Source: Camelus dromedarius
Lineage: Eukaryota
Assembly: GCF_036321535.1 (NCBI RefSeq)
Contig: NC_087440.1
Coordinates: 61,132,001 to 61,196,000 of the forward strand
Length of the DNA stretch: 64,000 bases
Direction of reading: 5' to 3'
Shown here: in pieces, positions 51,248-63,319 of the stretch
Layout of the letters: every line of letters starts with the position of its first letter
Numbering within the stretch: position 1 is the first letter of the stretch
Notes under the pieces: generated by a model
Databases searched by the model: none
What the model saw: the letters and a program-made list of their open reading frames with translations, nothing else
What the model was told of the DNA's origin: nothing
Translations under genes and position numbers: made by a program

Positions 51248-53379
51248 TCTAACTTATTTTAATCTGAGGGGACTCTCATCCCAGGTGCCTCTGAGTTGCT
51301 TCCTTATAAAATGTACATGTGAGTTTGTGAGGCTTAAACCACACTGCAAACATGCACGAGCATCTCCTAAGAGTGGACCCTGGCTCTAGGTGAGCCACTG
51401 TCCCAGATGGGATCTTCCAGGGAGGAGGAAGAGCAGGGATGAGGGTCAGTTCAGAGAGAGAGAAAGGTCAGTGGCCGCTGCTAAAGATACTCAGTCAGCA
51501 AGCATGAAGAGGGTCAGAACTGAGATTTTTCATTTTAACACTCCATTTCTTGCAGCCTTCGAGACAGAGACAAACTGTAGTGAAGATTACCTCTGACTTT
51601 TAAACAGTTTATAAAGAGTTTTTATACCCCTTTAGGGTACACACAATTTGTTCATTTTCCACGTGAGGGAAAAACCCACTGACTCGCCCCACATCTCACC
51701 ACATGAGCAGCTAGCTAAGTATGGACTTGAATTCAGACATGAAGAATTATCTGGAACTTGGATATAAGGCCAAGAGCATGCACTGTCCTTTCAACTTTAT
51801 GGGGCCGTGTTTAACACCCCTCCCCTGAAGATTAGTGATCTCGGGGAATACACTTTTGTTTGATTCTGCTATTAACAAAAAGTTTAGACTTTTCTGAAGT
51901 TGCACATCAACTTGTAAATCCTGTTGGGTAAAGATGCAAACGATTACTGTTTAGTAAGAAGGAGAAAACCAAAGGTGGTCTTTTCCACAGGACAACAACC
52001 AGTTGTCCACTGAAGGATGGAAGGATGAAACCCCACCAGGAAGGAATTATTCTAGCCATTTTATTCTAAATTCTGCTTTTTAAGTTCCTATAAATGCCCA
52101 GTTCTTCAAAACGCTCTTTGAACAAAATTTATCATCTTACTGATTCTCTCATTAACAAGTTAATAAATCTTTGACATATCCTCATCCTACATTTGCATGA
52201 CAGCCATGTTTTTAACTGTGTTAAAATAATCTCTCTTGCTGTGTCTAGCAAGTGTATCTACACACCTAGTCAGGTCTGCCTCATCCTATCTGCCAAACAG
52301 AGGACACTCGATGTGAGTGATGCCAACAGCTGGCTGCGGGCTGCGAATGGAAGGGCAGTGGGAGGCTTCCTCCTAACTGAGCTGGCATTTCCACCACTCC
52401 AGTTCTCGGGATTCATCATTCATCAGACTGACTTCAAAAGACTGCTCTTGGCAGATGAGATGGCCAGCCCACCACCCAAAAGGGAAGGGGCTGAGAACCA
52501 GGTTCCTAGTGCTGCTGAGGGGCTGGACTGCTGGTCTGAGCTGCCTCACAGGGAATAACCAACACTTCCTCATCCAGGCTTGCAAATGACACACAGTTGT
52601 GTGAGGTGACCCCGATGCTGAGGGCCATCGGCTCAGGTCCTGCAGGGACACTTTGCTCTCTGGGTAAAACCAGCTGACCCTGGAGAGAGCAAACCCATGA
52701 TTTCAACTTCATTAGCACTTCCTCCACCTCATAAAATGACCCACTAATCCACACAAAGAACAAACACAAGGAAGCAAAGAGTGGAAGGGATCTGGGGAGG
52801 AAGTCATTTAACACACCTAACAGGTCACCGACAACCTTTCACATTTGATGGAGAGAACCATCGGAGCCATTAGCAGATCATTCAACCCTCTCTTTATAAC
52901 GTCTCTGAGCTCAAAAGCGACTCTAATAGCTCCAAGAATAGAAAGGGCTCTGGGATTTTGGCCTGACCACTGTCTGCAGGGCAGCGTTGCTGGCTGCAGG
53001 TACTTGCCGGCAGTCAGCACCTTGCCAGGGAGCGTCAAGCGGCAGCTCCGCACTTCCGGAGGGACCTCCTTCTGCCTGAGCCGCCCCTGGTGCTTCAGTC
53101 CTGCTCTGTATACTCAGCGTCCACTACGTCTGCCAGGCACTGCGCTGTGGGCCGTGGAAGACACGGGGCACCGAGATTCCTCCTCAAGGGTCTTCCTGTC
53201 CAGTCAGAAACACAGACATCGCTCTAAACAGCTGTCATTTAGGGTAGAAAGTGACCGGTAATTCAAAAATATTAGAAACGCTTTGGTCCATTTCACGTGC
53301 ACCGAGTATACAGGGGAGACAAGACAGACAGGCGTGGTCCTTAGAAGAGGGTCATAAACACTTGCTGAAGGAGGGAACC

Positions 53380-53869
53380 TGTTGACTGAAAAACTGCACA
53401 ACCCAGAAGTTGCGTTTTATTCGGCAGACTTTCTGAGGACTCGAACCGGGCAGGCAGCCTCTCAGATTGTTCTAAAAGACTGCTCCAAAGAGGCAAGGGA
53501 GAAGCCAGGATATACAGGGGATTTTGCAACAAAGACCAGGTGGTTGGAACATTAAAAGATTACTGTTAATTAAAGAAAGCCAGGTTTATCTCAAGTTAAG
53601 GAATGTAGCGCTTTTCTATACATGGGAAGGTACGAAAGTCTGGGCTCATTGAAATCACCCCTTTGATATGCACCTTTAGCTATCTAGGGCCAGCGTCCTG
53701 TTCCTTCCCGTCCTGAGTCCCCTGGGGGTGGCTGCAGAGGCTGGGCTGCCTGCTTGTCTCCATCCTGAGTTCCCTTCACTCACTGTCAGGGGCAGCGGTA
53801 GCAGCTGATGACTTAATGGCCGCAGCATCCTTTGTTTACTGATATGGCTAGCAATATTTTTCATCCACA
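53380..53869 (-). mobile_element. ERV1-class LTR
   Basis: Resembles recalled artiodactyl ERV1 LTR text (agcgcttttctatacatgggaagg...gtctgggctcattgaaatc...gatatgcacc). End points uncertain; no clear TSD. Confidence 0.7.
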
Positions 53870-53872
53870 AAA

Positions 53873-54095
53873 TTAACAGTTGTTCAGCACCTACTGTGCT
53901 GTGTGCCAGGCGTTTTCTCATTTAACATCACCCTTACAAGTATTCTCTTTGGTGGGTGAGGTTATCCCCATTTTTAACAAATAGGGGAAGAGAAGCTCAG
54001 AGATGTTAGAGGACTTTCCCAAGGTCACTCAGAAAAGTGAATAGCAAAGGTAGGATTACCACATAGAGCCGCCCGACTGCAAAGAGCCTGCTCTC
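53873..54095 (-). mobile_element. MIR SINE
   Basis: cagcacctactgtgctgtgtgccaggc...gctcagagatgttagaggactttcccaaggtcac. Confidence 0.75.
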
Positions 54096-55023
54096 CCAGC
54101 CTCTACGTTTCCCGTTAGCATTTGAGGGCACACCTTCCTTCTGTGCTGATGTGACTGATTGATGTCTAAACTGAGGAGCCTCACAGGACACCAGCTGGCA
54201 GAGATAAGGCATCCTTGGTAGTCCAAGATAAGGACTCCCAAAGCCATCTGTACATCCCACGGTGTGTCAGTGATGCTTGGATCTGTCTCTCTAGCATGAA
54301 CTGTGTGACCCACTTATCTTCCTTCTGATGACATGGGAGAATCAAAGGGCAAAGAAGAGAGAATAAAAGTGACTTCCAGAGACAGGGGCACAAGCGCTGC
54401 CCCATTTCCCTTAGGATTCCTCCCGCAGGGCTGGTGGAGCAGCGCAGGCAGCCACCACGGCCAAGCTGAGAGCCAACCTGGCTTCCACCCCAACGTCATC
54501 CTCCCTCCTCCCACCTCTTTGCCTTAACCCAAGAAAATTATGGTAATTCCTTCTCTTTCACTTACTTTGGGAAAAGGAAGAATGCAGGACTTGCATAGCT
54601 TAGCAGAGCCTTCAGAGTAAAGTCTAAATTAGTGAGTCAGGGCGGCCAGACCCTGCATGCCCACCTCTTCAGCCCCATCTCCCCCAGTGCACCCTGGGTA
54701 GCGCAAGAACCAGCCTGAGCCCCTCTCCCAGGGCACCTTGGGGAACTCTCGGCCATCCTTGGGATGCAGCCTGGACGTGTCCTCCAGAAAGCCTTCTCTG
54801 AGCACACCCTAGCAGTGCGTGTTCCCACAGCCCACCAGCAGACACACAGGCATAGTCATACCCCTACCACGTGCTCCCACACCCACCCACGCTGCCTGGC
54901 ATCGGGTTCACTGCATGCCATTGTGCCCTCCCCTCCAAGCCCCATGACAGGAAGAACTGTATCTGGTCCCTATACTCCCAACACGGAGCACGGTCCCAGA
55001 ACCCAGTAAAAACCCTTGAGGAA

Positions 55024-55062
55024 GGGAAGGACAAATGGAGGGAAGGACAAATGGAGGGAAGG
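55024..55062. repeat. 16-bp tandem repeat, 2.4 copies
   Basis: gggaaggacaaatgga twice, plus gggaagg. Confidence 0.9.
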
Positions 55063-56064
55063 CTGGGCTCAGACTCTCAGCCTGAAGCCCAACCTTCCCA
55101 GGGCTGGCATGCGCCTCCGGCCCTGGTACGGTTCCCCACAGTCAAAGCTGCCAGGGAAGAAAAGGGTGAGGCCTGAGGAAAAGCAGGCTGGGGGGAATGT
55201 TCGTTCTCTTCTTGAGAAAACTCAAGCCTCAGGGCCCCAGTGACAAAGGTCAGAGCCATGGCTTTGGCACGTCTGCAGTGCCCAGTGGGGCCGTGAGGAT
55301 GAGTCAGCTTCTAGTGCTCACTGCACAGATGGCCTGGGGTCTGGAGGTCAGGGGCCTGCCCAAGGGGGTCCCCAGAACAGCTGCCCCCAACTTGCATGTA
55401 CTGGGCTCACTGGGGGCAGGAAATTCCATGTTGTAATGGCTGGATTTCTTCCCTTCATTCCTGATCCATGACTAGGTGGTGAACTGGCCATTAAAGAAAC
55501 CATTTAGGCAGATTTCAGGAACATCTGACTGGGCTCCAACTGGGCAGGAAGAGGAAAATATAACAGGACACAGAGCTCAGGACTGCACCATCTCGCCTTC
55601 ACTTCCATCGCCAGCCAGACTTACGAAAGGAAGTAAAAATGTTTAAATGCCCCCTCTCCTGTCAACTGTTGTCACCAGTGCTGGATGGAGCTGGGTTCAC
55701 CACTTAAAAGGACACATTTCAAAGCTCATCTCAGTGGCTGCAGCCATGTTATCAAGCTGAACACATGTTGATCTGAGTAGATTAGAAAAATTGTTCCCAG
55801 TGTCTGGGGAGCCAGTGCTTTTAAACAAGTGCTTTTCAAAGAATGAGCCATGAAGAAGCACTTTGCCTACATGTAGCCCATGAACCTGAAAACAAATAAA
55901 AGTAAAATCAGCAACCAACTCAGCAACTCTGAGCAGCAAACGAGAGAATCTGGCTGGTGCTTGTTAGAGATATGGTTATAAAAGCTGCTATTCCATTTAT
56001 CTTTCATTTCCTGCACGGCTAATGGGAGGAGGAATCAAAAATCATCTTTGCACTGGGTTTGCAC

Positions 56065-56190
56065 ATTTTTTATTGATGTATACTTGATTTACAATATCGT
56101 GCTAGTTTCGGGTGTCCAGCTTAGTGATTCAGTCATTTTTTTCCTGATTATATTCCATTATAGGTTATTACAAGATATTGAATATAAATC
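56065..56190 (-). mobile_element. Short LINE-1 3' tail
   Basis: ttattgatgtatacttgatttacaatatcgtgctagtttcgggtgtccagc...ataggttattacaagatattgaat. Confidence 0.8.
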
Positions 56191-56683
56191 TCTGCATTGG
56201 TACATTTTTTTAATCAACTAGGAAAAAAATCACATTCTCCTTCATAATTTACTTTCTTTTTCCAAGAACAGATTAAATTTTTTTGGAAATTTAAACTCAC
56301 TCTTTCCATTCGCAAGAGAATTGTATTACTCTTGCATTCGATATGTTCAATCTCAGTTTAGCTTCGAGTTGAGACTTTATTTCATTTCCAGCCCTATAAA
56401 GAGTGGCTGGTACCCTCTATTACTTCTCACTTTCGGACATAATTGCTTGGCGAGGCAGGAAGCCTGCTGGGTAAATCAAACTCTCTTACTTTTCACTCTC
56501 CATGCACCCTTCAGGTATGAGAGACTAACTCTGTACAATATCTCCTTCTGCAACTAAGGTTCAAATTGTAATGAATTCACTGAGCAACAGCACAGAGATA
56601 TTTCATAAGAATAGTTTTTAAATAAATGTTAAGCCTTTCTCATTTCATTATTGGCTCTGTCTTATAGACTATAAAACAGGCAA

Positions 56684-56867
56684 GTGGGAGGAGGATGTAG
56701 TTCAGTGGTAGAGTGCGTGCTTAGCATACACAAAGTCCTGGGTTCAATCCCCAGTATCTTCATTAAATACATAAATACAAATACATAATAATATATTTTA
56801 TATATACATATATATACCTAGTTACCTCCTCCCAAAAAAGAATTTTAAAATCTTTCTAAAATTTTGA
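56684..56867 (+). mobile_element. tRNA-Ala-derived SINE (Vic-1 type) with an expanded AT-rich middle
   Basis: gaggatgtagttcagtggtagagtgcgtgcttagcatacacaaagtcctgggttcaatccccag. TSD aaaacaggcaa at 56673-56683 and 56868-56878. Confidence 0.9.
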
Positions 56868-57332
56868 AAAACAGGCAAATGGGTTAATATTCTTTGTTTT
56901 CAGTGTTTAACATTCCAATGACAAATAAAAGCCAAACGATTTCTAAGGAAGCTGCTTCCATGATCCTATATCCCAAAAGGCGGCTCAAACCAAACAAAAG
57001 AAAATAATCTAACCAAGAAAGAGTCTGGCATCCTTTTCCTTCAGAAGCATGGTATCACAGGAGCTAATGAGGACCGATGAACAGCTTGCAGAGTGCCCCA
57101 GTGGCACCAAGTGTTCACCTTGGTTGAGAAATTTGGACTTGACTCAGCCCACCTGCTCTCACTGCAGCCCAAGGTTGCCTTTCATTTGGAAATCACGCTG
57201 TCAAGTTGGTTTGGAATATACTCGGGTGAGGCATATGCTTGTCCCTGCTGCCGAGGGAGATGCTGGCATGGAGAAACGCGAAGTCTCCTGATTGAAGCTT
57301 GCATTTATAGACTTTCTTCTCTTCTCCTCTAG

Positions 57333-57391
57333 TTACTGTGACAGTGGGAGGCAAGCAACACTTGCTTGGACTGTATGACACCGCAGGACAG
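57333..57391 (+). CDS. RHOJ: RHOJ coding exon 2, 59 nt, ends in phase 0
   Basis: Acceptor ctttcttctcttctcctctag. Joined to the phase-1 G of exon 1 it reads [20 protein letters not shown] (G3 motif DTAGQ). Donor CAG|gtacac at 57391/57392. Confidence 0.97.
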
Positions 57392-59428
57392 GTACACTTT
57401 TATTTTCTTGACTCATTAAGGGTTTGGGAGGGGGGAGAATGATCCTTTGGCTGAGCATATGGGGACTAATGTACAGGTATTACCTCCGCTGATCGCTTGT
57501 GACAAATTTACTGTGTACCGAAGTGGCGACCAAAGTATTTTTAATATCTTAAAAATATGTATAAGTACAAAGAACTAAATCACTGCGTGACTCAAGGTGT
57601 TGACAGGCAAATAATGATTCATTTACTGATTGATGACTATCAATAACCAATATCACATTTGGGCCAGAGTTCCAAATTCTACCCATACCAATTCCAGATC
57701 CAGGATTACTGAGTCAATTTTACAAACTTTAGTTTCACCCATTGTTTCTGTTGAAGCTATAGCCTTTGCTCACTCTTTATCTGAATTGCCTAATGAGCTG
57801 TGGAAAGGTACAAAAAGATACAGTGGATGGGGACTGAGGAGCAGGAAGGAGATGGATTAAGTGTTAGAAGGAAGAAAAGCCAAGATCCTGGATTTTTTCC
57901 CAAAGTGAGGGTCAACTCTTGAAGAAACTGGGGTTGACTCTAAATTCTCTAAGATTCTTGAAATATTCTCACTCCGTCAGAAATGTTTCTTCAAGTTGAA
58001 GGGCCTGGCCAACCAATAATGTAAGGCAATGGACTGGGACCCTCAATGCTTAATCAGTTGGCACACACTCTACTTGGGTGAAAATGCTACCTTATCTTTT
58101 CTCCCTCGCACCCCATAGTGCACTTTTTTCCACTGCACTACAAAGTTTCTGATGTTACAAGTTCATGGGCTGGAGGGGACGTGGTTAAGCACTTGATGGC
58201 TGTGGCCTGATTTCTTTGACAGAGCTTTTGTGACCAGACATCCTGGGTCATTTATTTAGGTCAAAATCAGCGGGTTGTTTAGTCTGTCCAAATGCAAACG
58301 TCTTAAGTCCTTCAGAGTGAATGTTTGACCAAGTCCCACTGCGAGGTTCCTGGTAATTGTGGTTTGCATTTGTCTACGCCATTTTTCACAGTTATCTGGA
58401 GATATGTCTTTTTGCTCAGCTTGAAACCTCTATACTAGAAGACGACAATAATAAATAAAATTCTCTTTGGGATTTCTGTGTGCACTGGCAAGAACCACTG
58501 TACAAATGTCTGTGGGACTTCAAAGGCTGGTGTTGGGCAGGCCCAGGCAGTGGGGAACTTGGAAAATCTAGCACCAGACTCAAGGCTCCTAAAAGCATCC
58601 AGGTCCCCCTCTCTGGCAGACAGCGGTTCCGGCCAGCTACTCTCAGGAGCTGGGGAGTGGAGGAGGCCTCTCACATCATTACCGAGAAAGACATAAGACC
58701 AGGAAAGGATGCCTAGGTGCCCACGTGGGGAAACTGACTGGCTCCTCTGAGCTAAGGTACAGGGGCCTCAGTGCACCTCATGCTTGGTTTTCCCTCCACC
58801 AGAAAGCATCCCAGGAAAGAGGTACACTGCTCTTTGGGCTGCAGTTGCCTGTTCTCATTCAATCGTGCAGTCGTTGGGGTGTCCGCATTCATCAAGAGCT
58901 CACAGCCTGAGAGAGAGGACCTTACACCCTTCTCCCCCATAGTCACATTTTATGAATATAATCCAGTTTGAAACGTTCAAAACAGCAAGGATTATTGCCT
59001 GACTCTGAAACCTCTGTTTCCCTTGCCTCCTGAAAAAGCTCTCTGGCCCCTCGTGCCCACCCAGTCCTCCCCTCTTCTAGAGAAATCCACAGTTGTTAGC
59101 TTCTGTGCATTAATTGTCCCCAGAACAATGTTCCCCAGCTTCTATTTAATTTCAAATCCAATACAACTGCAAAAAAAAAAAAAAAAGTTCTTGTACAGTT
59201 TATTCTTCTCTGCTGCTGTCTTTTTTAGAAAAATTTTTAAAATAATACTAGTAGAGGAGTTGAGGCTCTAAGGCAGTGGGAAAAATTTCTTTAAACTCCA
59301 AATGGACCCAATCCCCTGACCCAGAAGAAAGTGATGAGCGCTGATAGAATGTCACAACAAATGGGTTATGGATACCTCTTCAACTTCACTTTCACTTCAT
59401 TGCTTTCCACCAGCTACTTTGAAAGCCC

Positions 59429-59443
59429 GGGGGGGGGGGGGGG
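59429..59443. repeat. G15 homopolymer
   Basis: Read directly. Confidence 0.9.
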
Positions 59444-59687
59444 ACAAGGTTCGCAGGGGAGCCTAAAGCATGGGGGAGAGAAATCGGAACACATCTTAAG
59501 GTTCCTTCTAGGATGAAAATTCTATGATTAGGACCTTAAAAAATGACTTCAAGAACACCTAAAACAACTGGAGTAATTAAGCAAAGCAATTTGAGGCTCG
59601 ACCCAAGGGAGACCTCGCAGCAGTAAAGGACTGTTAGATGTTGGAATGCGTTTCACTGAAGGAGGACACGTGATTCATTTCCTGGAA

Positions 59688-59871
59688 CAGTGGTTCTCAA
59701 ACTTGAGCAGGGATCAGAGTCACCTGTAGGGCTTGTTCAACCCCAGCCACTGGACCCCACCCCCAGGGTTTCTGCTTCTACAGGCTGGGATGGTGCCCAA
59801 GTATTTAGGTTTCTAACAGGTTTCCCAGTGCCACTGCTGCGGGTCTGTACACCATCCTTTGAGAACCACCC
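59688..59871 (-). mobile_element. Complete MER5A (hAT/Charlie)
   Basis: Termini cagtggttctcaaac...tttgagaaccac. Degenerate 8-bp TSD tcctggaa/ttctagaa. Confidence 0.88.
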
Positions 59872-59875
59872 TTCT

Positions 59876-60050
59876 AGAACCTTGTCATTCAGAGTCTGGT
59901 CCAGTGACCAGCAGCATCAGCCTCCCCAGGGGCCTTATTAGAAATGCAGAATCCCAGGCTCCATGCCCCGCCTAAGGATTCTGAAAGTGCATTTAAAGAT
60001 CTCCAGGTGAGCTGTATGCACATGGAAATTTGAGGATTACTTCCTTTGAA
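59876..60050 (+). mobile_element. MER5-type element, opposite orientation to its neighbour
   Basis: gaccagcagcatcagcctccccagggg...ttagaaatgcagaatcccagg...ctccaggtgag. Confidence 0.75.
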
Positions 60051-62224
60051 GTCTTGGGGGTTGAAACATTGTGCCTAACATTAGGAGGAGGCAGTGGAAA
60101 ACAACAGTTACTCAAGTTGATTCCTGTGGTCCTATGACTCTGCCAAGAAGGCTTTGTGACAAATTTAATTTAGAAGCATTGTCCCAAAATTTCCACTCCC
60201 AGCCTCAGGGAGGCTAATCCAGCCTCCTCAATTATAGTCTAGCAAATGCTGCTGAGGTCACGTGGCTAAGAGAGATCTATAACTAATTCAAAATTACTCA
60301 TTCGGTTAGAGTTACTAACAAGAAAGAGAAGTGATCTCAAAACCAACTGATTAATCCCTAAACCACAAAAAAGAAGTAAGTCTCTGAGCCTGGCTGTATA
60401 TAGTTCCAAATTGCTGTAAATAATCAGATTTTCTTACATGAGCACCCCTCGGCTTTGTCGTGAGCTAACTGTGGGTCGGAGCTGGCAAAAACAACTTCAA
60501 GAAGCACGTGTTCGTAAAGAGAAAGTGATAGGAGTTCATTATTTCTACCCTCATAGTCAGCCCTGGACAAAATCATTTGACCTGGTTCCCTCCACCTGCC
60601 CACACCGAGTTGCCCCGGGCACCAATGCAACCCCACCGGCCGCGCCTGAGACACGTTTCCAGCACTTCACAAGCCAGCCGAGCGTTTGCTAAAGACGGTT
60701 GACAATGAAGTCACATGCATACACTGCCAGCCCATGGCCGCTGAGCTCTCTCCCCAAACCCCTAAAACAAACTGATATTTGGACTTTGAGTGGAGTCCTT
60801 TGGAGACAAAGAGTCTTCAGAACTCTGGTTCTTCTATTAGGTGGAATTCCAAACATTCGGTCAGGCAATGAAGCAAGGGGCTTTTCACAGGGTGACTCTG
60901 CACGTGACCCCTCAGCCCACACTGGGGAGACAAGCAGGACAGGTCCGTAAGCCAGATCTATTTAGGTGGTGCCAACTCAGCCTGAACGGCACATGCCCCT
61001 GGCAGTGTGTTACCGAAAGTCTCTATGAAAGGGATTTCTAGAGCTCAGATCTTTGGCTTGACTACAGAGAGTCTGAGAATCGACTTTTCCACGACGTACT
61101 TGCAGGCCAGTTTGTTTAGAGGGTGTCATGAGAGACCAGCGGAGAGCAGGAAGCTGGGGTGGGGTTGCTGCCGTGAGCCTGGGCGTTTGCCTGCTGGGAA
61201 GTGACAAATCCCGAGAGGGGTCTTTCCTAGGTCAGGGCCCTGAACCAGGCATCCTCCCACCCCCACACCGGCCACCTAGAGTGGAACCGGCCCTGGTACT
61301 AAGATGCCCCCAGGAGCAATGTGGGCAAGACCCTGCTCAGATGGCAGCCTCTCCGGCCAAACTCCACATCTGGACTATCTCAAAGGCAACATGCACAAAA
61401 GTGGCAGTTAGCAGCACTGCCAGGGGGGAGTGAGAGTCTCCTGGTGTCAGGAGCCTGGCTTATCAGCAGGATAAACGCCCAAGCTCTCTGCACACAAGCC
61501 CCACTGGCTCAGGGGCTGTCTGCATGGGGGCAAGCAGAGAATGGTGTCTGTCACTGAGAAGCCACAGCAGCTCAGCTGACACCAGTGACCACAAAAGTGC
61601 AGGAGCAGGAAGGCCAACAGCTGCCCCTCTCACTCAGCCAGGGCTGCACGCCGCCACGTGTCTTCACTGGCCCTGAGTTCTGAAGCCCTTCCCCATCCCC
61701 TAAGGGCTGAAGAAAGAGACATACGACCAAGGAAGGAGGCAAGTACATCTGGGGCTCACTGATGGCAACCGAAGGTCCACTTAGAAGGACAGGAGCCTTC
61801 CCCTTTGCTATAGGCTGACCCAGTCGGGCCATCTGGAGTCCAGAATCTGATACCAATCCTCCACGGAAAGTTTGCCCAGTACTTCAGAACAAATGTTCTT
61901 CTTCAATGAGCAACTCAACCTTTCTTGCTCATATGCACCTTAATGTGGTTTTAGCGGTGTTCAAATTGGGGGATGAGGAAGAAGCTAGCCCATGTGACAA
62001 ATTATTAGTAAAAGTAATCCTAGGACATGATCTTACTTCTCTCCAGATCATGAAAAATGAAGCTGTGGGAACATTGATTCAGAGGAACAATCAGAGTTCG
62101 CAAACATTTGAGTCTCACTGCTTCTCAGTTTAGAAAAAGTTCATTTCTTCTTCAGCCCTTGTATCCAATGAGGGTCAGGACACCACACCAGGACCTGGAG
62201 CTGTTGATGTGGGATGGAGGTTGG

Positions 62225-62430
62225 ACCATTAAACACTCAAGAACTTGCTGTGTTCAAGACACTGTTCTAAATGGTCTACACACATTTTATTCTCACAGCA
62301 ACCCTCCGAGGCCAGCACTATTATCAGCCTATTTTACAGATAAGAAAACTGAGGCAGAGAGAAAATACCCAAGGTCCCACAGTAGTCACAGGTGGGGCTG
62401 GGGTTTGAAGCAGGAGACTGTCTCCCCATC
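62225..62430 (-). mobile_element. MIR SINE
   Basis: cctattttacagataagaaaactgaggcagagag...cccaaggtcccacag. Confidence 0.8.
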
Positions 62431-62679
62431 CCATGCTCTGAAACACTCTGCTGCACTCCCACTCTATGTGTGCCGTCCACATTTTCCAAACGAAGCCTGG
62501 CAGATATGAGTATATTTACGGGAGAATATGAAAATGAAACTCTGCTGAAAACCTGGGGTAAATGTCACTAAACCTAAGAGAACTTGGAAGCAGAATTCTA
62601 TTTCCCATTTAATGTAGGTACGGGCTGCAGGGGTGCAGAGAGGGTGTGGGGAGAGACAGGGAGAGTGTTCAGTGCAAAT

Positions 62680-62856
62680 CCCCTTGCCACTCAAAGTGTG
62701 GCTCAGTTCCAGAACCAGCAGCATTAGCACCACCTGGAAAGCAGTCAGAAATGCAAATTCTCAGACTTCATACCAGACCTGCTGCCGGATAAGAATCTGT
62801 ACTTTAACAAGGTCCCCAGGTGATTCAAATATACACAAAGTCTGAGAAGGGCTGGA
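62680..62856 (+). mobile_element. MER5A-type element
   Basis: ctcaaagtgtgg...accagcagcattagcaccacctgg...agaaatgcaaattctcag...ccccaggtgattc. Confidence 0.82.
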
Positions 62857-63290
62857 CTCACGGTATCACTTCCTCACACCTGTGCCATCTTGATGAGGCT
62901 GTTCCAGACAGATTTGAACCCAGGTGTCTGGCCCATCTGACACTGAGGCTGTCCCTGAACTTATCTTTTTAATAATCACCCATAGCCACCCCAGAACACT
63001 AGACTAGCCTTCAAACCAAACCCTCTCCTACTTGCAATGTGAAGCCGGGTGAGAAGCACTCAAAAGCGACCCTGCCCAAATCCCTCCCTACCCTCCTCCC
63101 CAGCCCCTCCCACACTCCAGCCTCAGTCCACGTTGGCCCTTGAAAGCCCCTTCCGAGTCACACTTTGTCTTCCATTCTCAATCTCAACATTGGAAGGGAC
63201 CTCAATACCAAACAGACCATGGACTCACTGCCCCTTTCCATCATCTCAACATGTGAGCATCCAACCAAGGCTCAAAACTTGCCCCATCGC

Positions 63291-63316
63291 AAAAAAAAAA
63301 AAAAAAAAAAAAAAAA
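63291..63316. repeat. A26 homopolymer
   Basis: Read directly. Confidence 0.9.
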
Positions 63317-63319
63317 GCC

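Larger units (their letters stand above)
3089..57332 (+). other. RHOJ: RHOJ intron 1 (54,244 nt, GT-AG)
   Basis: Bounded by the exon 1 donor and exon 2 acceptor; the spliced frame is continuous. Confidence 0.93.

Noticed and set aside
52845-53261. 138-aa ORF
   Set aside because: No recognisable homology; it is open because the region is GC-rich.
5781-56760. tRNA-Ala genes at 5781, 25139 and 56684
   Set aside because: Stems are mutated, and the copies share a SINE body and A-rich tail, with TSDs where visible. They are SINEs.
8245-57716. Scattered AP-1 heptamers
   Set aside because: About eight are expected by chance in 64 kb, similar to the number seen.
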